64,000 nucleotides of DNA. It comes from Rhodocyclaceae bacterium. Lineage in GTDB: Bacteria; Pseudomonadota; Gammaproteobacteria; Burkholderiales; Rhodocyclaceae. Shown here piece by piece: positions 58,123 through 64,000 of the stretch. Below the pieces are notes generated by a model. That model had not been told where the DNA came from. It saw nothing but the letters and a program-made list of their open reading frames with translations, and did no database searches. Every line of letters begins with the position of its first letter. Position 1 is the stretch's first letter. Both the position numbers and the translations under genes were made by a program. Where the stretch lies: positions 1,530-65,529 of the forward strand of contig JAGRFX010000003.1 in assembly GCA_020445805.1 (NCBI GenBank), in the 5' to 3' direction.

Positions 58123-60426
58123 TCAGAACTTCAGGGTGGCCGTGACCTGGAAGGTCCTGCCCGCCCCCGGGATGTAGTGCCCGGGGTAGAGCTGGTCGGC
58201 GTAGAGCTTGTCGAACAGGTTGGTGACGTTGGCCTTGACGATGAAGCGGTCCGGGACGAACGTGTATTCGGCCATCAGGTCCACGGTGGCGTAGCCGGGG
58301 GCGTACCAGCCCGGATTGCGGTTGGGCTGCTGGCGGCTGCGGAAGTTGACACCGCCTCCGGCGCGCAGCTCGTCGGTGAGCAGGTAGGTACTCCAGACCG
58401 TGCCCGAATGCTTCGGGGTCAGGGACGGACGCTCGCCTTCGTCCTCGCCGCTCTGGCCGCCCTTGTCGATCTTGGCGAGCGGCATCCACATGTAGGAGCC
58501 GAAGATCTCCCAGCGCGCGGTCAGGTAGCCGCTGAAGTCCCACTCGAAACCGGCTGCATGGCGCTTGCCCGTCAGCACCGCGATGTCGAGCAGCGGGTCG
58601 GTGTTGCGCTCGTTCAGCTTGGTCGAGCGGAAGACCGCAAAGCGGTGGGTGAAGCGCCTGTCGGCGGTGTCGATGCGGGCGCCGATCTCGACGTTCTGGC
58701 TCTTCTCCGGCGGGGTGTCGACGGTGGCGGCGCTGTAGGAGTAGGTGTCGCCCGAGGTGTTGAAGGAGGTGCCCCACGAGGCATGGAAGCTGTGTCGGGG
58801 CGTGGGCTGGTAGAGCGCGCCGACCCGGTGGCTCCACTTGTAGACGCTCTGGTTGTAGGTGGCGGTCGAATCTTCCGTGACCGCGCCGCCCCCGCGGATC
58901 GCGTCCCCGGTGTAGCTGTAGCTGTTGTATTCGCCCCGCATGCCGTCGTAGCGCACCCCGGCCAGCAGCTTCCAGTGCTCGGCCACCGTGACCAGGTCCT
59001 GGGCATAGACGCCGAAGGTGTCGGCCGTGAAGTCGCTGCGCACGCCGAGCACCCGGCTGTCCTCATCCACCGAGGCTCCGTCGCTGGGGGTGCCGACGGT
59101 GGTGTTGGGCTTGGTGAGGTCCACGCCACCCTGGGCGGCATTGAGCGCGAAGAAGACCTGCTTCTCTTCGCGCGCCACGTCGACCCCGGCCAGCACCGCG
59201 TGCTTCAGGCCGGCCGCCTCGAAGCTGCTCGAGAGGTCGCTCTGGGCCTGCAGCGTCTCCAGGTCCTGGGTCTTGAGGTTGGTGCCCCGGCGCAGCACGG
59301 TGGCGTCGCTCAGGGTCTCGAGGCTGACCGCCTGGCCGTCGGGCTGGTCGGCGGCCGCCACGAAGCGGATCGCGCCCGAGCGCAGGTCCCGGTCGTAGTG
59401 GCCCTTGCGCACCGTGGTGCGCAGCTCGGTGCGGGTCGAGAAGCGATGGATGTGGGTGCCGGTGAAGTAGGTGGCGCCGCTGTCGTTGTAGTCGCTGGCG
59501 AGCCCGTAGTTGGTGTCGGGGTCGAGGGGCATCAGCCGGGTATCCGCGACCGGCGAGTCGGCGCTCGGCCGGATCCACGGAATGCCGTAGTTGATGCCGT
59601 TGTTGGTATCCAGGTGGTAGAACCCCAGCTGGAATTCGTCCCGGGTGCCGATGCCCCAGTGGAAGGCGCCCGCCACGCCCTGCTTGTCCACGCTGGCACC
59701 GGCCCCGTTGCTGTCGGCCCTGGTGTGCATCAGGTTGATCCGGAAGGCCGCGTTGTCGCCGGTCTTGCGGTTCAGGTCTGCCACCACGCGCCGGTAGTCG
59801 TGACTGCCGAGGGTCACGTCCACCTGGTTCTCGTCGATCAGGCGCGGGGACTTGTTGACCTGGTTGACCGCGCCGCCGGTCGAGCCGCGGCCGAACAGCA
59901 TCGATGCCGAACCGCGCAGGACCTCGACCCGGTCCATGTTGAAGGTGTCGCGGTCGTAGAAGGCCGGGTCGCGGACGCCATCGACGTAGAGGTCGCCGCT
60001 CTGGGCAAGCGGGAAGCCGCGCAGGCGGATGTCCTCCTCGCCGCCTTCGGCCGCCTGGAAGGTGATGCCGGCGGTGTTCTTGAGCACCTCCTTGACGGTG
60101 TCGAGGTCGCGCTCGTCCATGAGCTTTTCGGTCACCACCGTGACCGACTGGGGAATGTCGCGCAGTTCCTGCTGGCCCTTGCCGATGCGCGTCTCGGTGA
60201 CCCGCAGGGTCTCCTTGCCGCTGGGCGCCTCGCGCTGCTCGCGTACGACGACGGTGCCGAGCTTCTGGTCATCCGCGGTGGTGTCCTGGGTCTGTGCCGC
60301 GCTGCCCATCGAGGCGGCCAGCATCATCGCGCCCAGCGGCAGCACGGCACCCTGGGAGCGGGCCGCCTTGCGGTCGGTTGTGCCGATGGCGGCAGGGACG
60401 ATTGGATGGATGTGTCGGTTCTTCAT
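58123..60426 (-). CDS. TonB-dependent siderophore receptor (Fiu/PiuA-like)
   Basis: [11 protein letters not shown]; [30 protein letters not shown]; NLFDKLY; terminal Phe. Confidence 0.93.
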   Translation of the reverse strand: MKNRHIHPIVPAAIGTTDRKAARSQGAVLPLGAMMLAASMGSAAQTQDTTADDQKLGTVVVREQREAPSGKETLRVTETRIGKGQQELRDIPQSVTVVTEKLMDERDLDTVKEVLKNTAGITFQAAEGGEEDIRLRGFPLAQSGDLYVDGVRDPAFYDRDTFNMDRVEVLRGSASMLFGRGSTGGAVNQVNKSPRLIDENQVDVTLGSHDYRRVVADLNRKTGDNAAFRINLMHTRADSNGAGASVDKQGVAGAFHWGIGTRDEFQLGFYHLDTNNGINYGIPWIRPSADSPVADTRLMPLDPDTNYGLASDYNDSGATYFTGTHIHRFSTRTELRTTVRKGHYDRDLRSGAIRFVAAADQPDGQAVSLETLSDATVLRRGTNLKTQDLETLQAQSDLSSSFEAAGLKHAVLAGVDVAREEKQVFFALNAAQGGVDLTKPNTTVGTPSDGASVDEDSRVLGVRSDFTADTFGVYAQDLVTVAEHWKLLAGVRYDGMRGEYNSYSYTGDAIRGGGAVTEDSTATYNQSVYKWSHRVGALYQPTPRHSFHASWGTSFNTSGDTYSYSAATVDTPPEKSQNVEIGARIDTADRRFTHRFAVFRSTKLNERNTDPLLDIAVLTGKRHAAGFEWDFSGYLTARWEIFGSYMWMPLAKIDKGGQSGEDEGERPSLTPKHSGTVWSTYLLTDELRAGGGVNFRSRQQPNRNPGWYAPGYATVDLMAEYTFVPDRFIVKANVTNLFDKLYADQLYPGHYIPGAGRTFQVTATLKF

Positions 60427-60517
60427 GGTTCATCTCCGGTCGGGTTGCGCCTTGGGGGCGCATGCGTGTCGTTCGATGGCTGGCGACGAATGACCGGAGG
60501 CCGTTCTGGCTGGCTTT

Positions 60518-60536
60518 TGTAATGAGAATGGTTACG
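60518..60536. promoter_or_regulatory. Fur box
   Basis: TGTAATGAGAATGGTTACG matches 12 of 19 positions of GATAATGATAATCATTATC, upstream of the receptor gene. Confidence 0.7.
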
Positions 60537-60581
60537 AAAATAGGGCGGGCGAGGCCCCGGCGAGAAGGGTGCGGACGGGCC

Positions 60582-61037
60582 TCAGAGGGGAGCGGGCGGG
60601 GAACTCGGTACCGTCGCCGAGTGGGCAGACTCCGCTGCCGGCAGGGTCACAAAGCCGATGCGACGGATGCCGGCGCCGCGTGCCGACGCCATGACCTCGG
60701 CGAGCGTCTGGTAGCGGGTCTCGCGATCGGCGCGCAGGTGCAGCTCGGGCTGGGGCGTGCGGGCGGCTGCAGCGGTCAGGCGGGCGGCCAGGTCGGCATC
60801 GGTGACGGGCTCGTCGTTCCAGAAGCGCCGCCCCGCTCCGTCGAGGCTCAGGGTGACCGTGTCCGGGTCTTCCTGCGTCGGGCTGCTGGACGCCTCCGGC
60901 ATGTCGATCTTCACCGCATGGGTCAGGAGGGGCGCCGTGAGCATGAAGATGATCAGCAGCACCAGCATCACGTCCACCAACGGGGTGGTGTTGATGTCGG
61001 CCATCGGGGCGCCGTAGCTGCTGCGCTTGCGGGCCAT
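60582..61037 (-). CDS. exbD: ExbD/TolR biopolymer transporter (possibly chimeric)
   Basis: INTTPLVDVMLVLLIIFM; LRADRETRY; IGFVT; TGATG overlap with the upstream gene. Confidence 0.88.
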   Translation of the reverse strand: MARKRSSYGAPMADINTTPLVDVMLVLLIIFMLTAPLLTHAVKIDMPEASSSPTQEDPDTVTLSLDGAGRRFWNDEPVTDADLAARLTAAAARTPQPELHLRADRETRYQTLAEVMASARGAGIRRIGFVTLPAAESAHSATVPSSPPAPL

Positions 61038-61780
61038 CAGATGCTCTCCCGATCGTGCGGCTCGGGCCGGCGCACATGGTCGCGTCCGGCGGCGTGGGCC
61101 GCGCCGGAGCCGCCCCCCGCCTCCTCTTCCAGCACGGTGCGCAGGCGGTCCATCTCGTTCCCGACCAGGTCGATCTTGCGCACGATCATGTTGTAGAAGA
61201 TCACCGCGGGAATGGCCGCGGCCAGTCCGGCGATGGTGGTGATCAGTGCTTCGGCGATGCCCGGTGCGACCACCGTCAGGTTGGCGCTCTGCATGGAGGC
61301 CATGCCCCAGAAGCTGCTCATGATGCCCCACACCGTGCCCAGCAGTCCGAGGAAGGGCGAGATGGTGACCGTGGTCGACAGCAGGATCAGGTAGCGCTCG
61401 AGGCTCTCCGTCTCCAGGTAGCTGACGCGCTCGCTGGCCCGGCGGATGGCCGGCACCTGGCTCATGCCACTGGTCTCGACGACCACGTTGGCCAGGGGCA
61501 GGTCGGGATTGTCGCGGCACCAGTTCTCGAGGTCGGCCCGCCGCGCGCGGCCGTCGAGCCAGCTCTCGCACTTCTCCCAGAACGCCGCATGACCGGCGCG
61601 GATGCGGCCGAGAGTGCGCGCCTTGTCGATGAACACGGCCCAGCTCATCACCGAGAGCACGAGCAGCACCAGCAGGATGAACTTGCCGAAGAAGGTGGAT
61701 TCGACCACCAGGCTCACCAGCTCGCCGGGACCCAGCATGGCCAGGAAGCCTCCGCCAGACGCGATCGCGACCGAAGTCAT
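61037..61780 (-). CDS. MotA/TolQ/ExbB proton channel protein (TolQ-like)
   Basis: SPFLGLLGTVWGIM; VVAPGIAEALITTIAGLAAAIPAVIFYN. Confidence 0.92.
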   Translation of the reverse strand: MTSVAIASGGGFLAMLGPGELVSLVVESTFFGKFILLVLLVLSVMSWAVFIDKARTLGRIRAGHAAFWEKCESWLDGRARRADLENWCRDNPDLPLANVVVETSGMSQVPAIRRASERVSYLETESLERYLILLSTTVTISPFLGLLGTVWGIMSSFWGMASMQSANLTVVAPGIAEALITTIAGLAAAIPAVIFYNMIVRKIDLVGNEMDRLRTVLEEEAGGGSGAAHAAGRDHVRRPEPHDRESI

Positions 61781-62055
61781 GGATTCTCCTCGGAGATTCG
61801 TTGTGACAGGTGGGATGCGGCCGTGCTCCGTCAGGGCCGGATCCGGGCGGGCATCCTTGCCCACCACCAGGCCCCGGTCGGGGCCGGATCGATTCGGGAG
61901 CGTCGCACGCATGCCGCGCGTCGCTCCGGTTGCGTTCGGGTCGCCGCGCCGCCGCACGGGGGCCGCTCCCCGCGGGGATGCAGCCGGGTCATCCTACCGA
62001 AACCGGGGGCGAAAGTTCCGCCTCCCGGTGGGACGCAGAAAGGGCCGGGCGTGTT

Positions 62056-62433
62056 TCAGCCCCGCTCCTCCATGACCTTCAGGGCGAAGGCCTCCTGGAA
62101 ATCGAACTTGTCGATGAAGTCGCCCAGCGAGTCCTGCTCCCGCTTGCGCAGCAGGCCGGCGTCGACCAGGTGGAAGACGATGCGGCCGAAGTCGATGGTG
62201 CCCTTCACGCCCCAGGCGTTGAACACGTCGCCGGCCATGATCCCGTAGCGGTCGCGACCGAGGTCGCGGATGAAATCGAGCAGCACGCCGCCACTCACGT
62301 GGGCGCGCTCCTCCATGGCCTCCATGGCGTTCTCCAGGCTCTCGAGCACGAAGAAATACGCCTCCGGGCGGTAGACGCCCCGGCGGGCGGCCAGACTCCG
62401 GACGGTTTCGACCAGTTCGCTGTGGGTGCTCAT
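62056..62433 (-). CDS. Minf_1886-like hypothetical protein
   Basis: YRPEAYFFV; HVSG...LL; YGIMAGDVFNAWGV...DFGRIVFHLVDAGLL. Confidence 0.8.
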   Translation of the reverse strand: MSTHSELVETVRSLAARRGVYRPEAYFFVLESLENAMEAMEERAHVSGGVLLDFIRDLGRDRYGIMAGDVFNAWGVKGTIDFGRIVFHLVDAGLLRKREQDSLGDFIDKFDFQEAFALKVMEERG

Positions 62434-62541
62434 GGCGATTGCTCCCGCCGCATGCGGCGCAGAAAACGGTGGTGTCCGGCGAGCAGGGGGCTCAGGCGAC
62501 CTCTCCGGAACGCCTCCATTGTACGGGGAACCGGCCGCCTG

Positions 62542-63708
62542 TCAACCGTCCAGCCCGGCGGGCCGGGGCCCCGTGCCCAGAAGCCGGTCGTACAGTTCCA
62601 GATACTGCCGCACGACGCAGGGGGCGCCGAACTCCGCGGAGGCGTCGCGGCGGCCCTCGTCGACCATCTGGACCTGGAGGTCCCGATCCCGCAGCACCGT
62701 CAGGGCGGCCGCGACCATGCCCGGGATGTCGTCCGGGTCCCGCAGGAAGCCGTTGATCCCGTCCTGGATGAACTCGCCGGCCCCGCCCCGACTCGTGACC
62801 AGCGGCACCACGCCGCAGGCCATGGCCTCCAGCGCCACCAGGCCGAAGCTCTCGTGCAGCGAAGGCAGCAGAAGGAGGTCGGCCACGGGCAGGATCTCCT
62901 CGAGGTTGTCCACCTGCCCCACCATGTCGACCGCCTCGGCCAGGCCGAGTTCCTGCACGCGTGACCGCACCGAGGGCATCTCCGGCCCGTCGCCCACCAG
63001 GAGCAGCCGCGCCGGGATCTCCCGGCGCACCGCCGCGAAGACCTCGATCACCGCGAGGGGGTTCTTCACGGCGCGGAAGTTCGAGGCGTGCATGAGGAGC
63101 CGTTCGCCCGCAGGGGCGAAGCGGCGCCGCAGTCCGTCGACCTCGAGCGGCATGAAGACCCGCGCGTCGACGAAATTGGGAATCACCTCGATGGTCTCGC
63201 CCGTGCCGAAGACCCGGATGGTCTCCTCCTTGAGGAAGGTCGAGACGGCCGTCACCGCGTCGCTGCGTTCGATGAGGAAGCGCGTGATCGGGAAGAACGA
63301 CGGCTCCTGTCCCACGAGGGTGATGTCGGTGCCGTGCAGCGTCGTGACCACCTTGAGCCGGTCGGCCCCCACCATCTCCCGCGCCAGGAAGGCGCTCGCC
63401 GCGTGGGGTATGGCGTAGTGCACGTGCAGGATGTCGAGCCCGCAGCGGGTCGCCACCTCGCTCATGGTCGTGGCCAGGCTGAGGGTGTAGGGCGAGTGCT
63501 GGAAGACCGGGTAGTGCGGCATCTCCACCGGATGGTAGATGACGTTCTCGTGGAACTTGCGCAGGCGGAACGGCAGTTCGCTCGAAATGAAATGCACCTC
63601 GCAGCCGCGGCGCGACAGATGCAGCCCCAGCTCGGTGGCCACCACGCCGCTGCCGCCCTGGCTCGGGTAGCAGGTGATCCCCACGGTCGGCATCTTCATG
63701 TCGTTCAC
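62542..63708 (-). CDS. bshA: N-acetyl-alpha-D-glucosaminyl L-malate synthase BshA (GT4)
   Basis: GITCYPSQGGSGVVATELG; LHVHYAIPHA; TTLHGTDITLVG; HASNFRAVK; ESFGLVALEAMACG; GTG start overlapping the bshB1 stop. Confidence 0.93.
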   Translation of the reverse strand: MNDMKMPTVGITCYPSQGGSGVVATELGLHLSRRGCEVHFISSELPFRLRKFHENVIYHPVEMPHYPVFQHSPYTLSLATTMSEVATRCGLDILHVHYAIPHAASAFLAREMVGADRLKVVTTLHGTDITLVGQEPSFFPITRFLIERSDAVTAVSTFLKEETIRVFGTGETIEVIPNFVDARVFMPLEVDGLRRRFAPAGERLLMHASNFRAVKNPLAVIEVFAAVRREIPARLLLVGDGPEMPSVRSRVQELGLAEAVDMVGQVDNLEEILPVADLLLLPSLHESFGLVALEAMACGVVPLVTSRGGAGEFIQDGINGFLRDPDDIPGMVAAALTVLRDRDLQVQMVDEGRRDASAEFGAPCVVRQYLELYDRLLGTGPRPAGLDG

Positions 63709-63998
63709 GCGCCCCACCTCGCGTCGGGCAGGTCGTCGAGCACCGTGGCGCCCCCGCCGCACAACGCCTCGGCCAGGGGCACGCCGGCGCGGCGGCCCCA
63801 GGTGCGGGCACGGCGTTCGATGCGCGCGAGGAAGGCCGGATCGTTGATGGTCGTGGGGGTCTGCCCGGCGTCGCGGCCGAACTGGCTGGCGTAGGCCGCC
63901 AGGGCGCGGGTCTTGGCTTCCCAGTGCTCGCTGATGTCGAAGAGCAGCGTCGGGGCGCTGTCGTCCGGGCAGACGGCGAAGCGGGCCTCGACCTCCCA
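63705..63998 (-). CDS. bshB1: Bacillithiol biosynthesis deacetylase BshB1, C-terminal part cut by the window edge
   Basis: Manual translation PTLLFDISEHWEAKTRALAAYASQF...TTINDPAFLARIERRARTWGRRAGVPLAEA; directly upstream of bshA. Confidence 0.8.
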   Translation of the reverse strand, partial: WEVEARFAVCPDDSAPTLLFDISEHWEAKTRALAAYASQFGRDAGQTPTTINDPAFLARIERRARTWGRRAGVPLAEALCGGGATVLDDLPDARWGA

Positions 63999-64000
63999 GC

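Noticed and set aside
58081-60522. 813-aa plus-strand ORF
   Set aside because: Antisense to the TonB-dependent receptor; no domain features
1-64000. tRNA, rRNA, CRISPR, IS or prophage genes
   Set aside because: None recognised by eye; tRNAscan/Infernal were not run, so small structured RNAs cannot be excluded

Overview
GC-rich bacterial window with about 55 credible CDSs. I saw no rRNA, tRNA, CRISPR array or transposase. Positions 1 to ~61,000 read like a Betaproteobacterium (Rhodocyclales-like; inferred from gene content). This part holds the rtcR tail, a MalT/BTAD regulator beside two exported proteins, an orphan His-Me nuclease, a TIR-nSTAND1-TM-beta-propeller receptor and a sigma32 heat-shock cassette. 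It continues with a bufferin-type RiPP cluster (DUF2282-DUF692-DUF2063-DoxX), a heme-c diguanylate cyclase coupled to a stand-alone CZB protein, a Cpx-like locus, MCP, MscS, an RND pump, azlCD and a Fur-boxed Fiu/PiuC operon. From ~61,000 to the end the genes (TolQ-type ExbB, Minf_1886-like, bshA, bshB1) look non-proteobacterial, and the switch seems to fall inside exbD, suggesting an assembly chimera or horizontal transfer. Several proteins appear catalytically degenerate (hemerythrin, histidine kinase, zincin). All family calls come from motif recognition by eye, not database searches.
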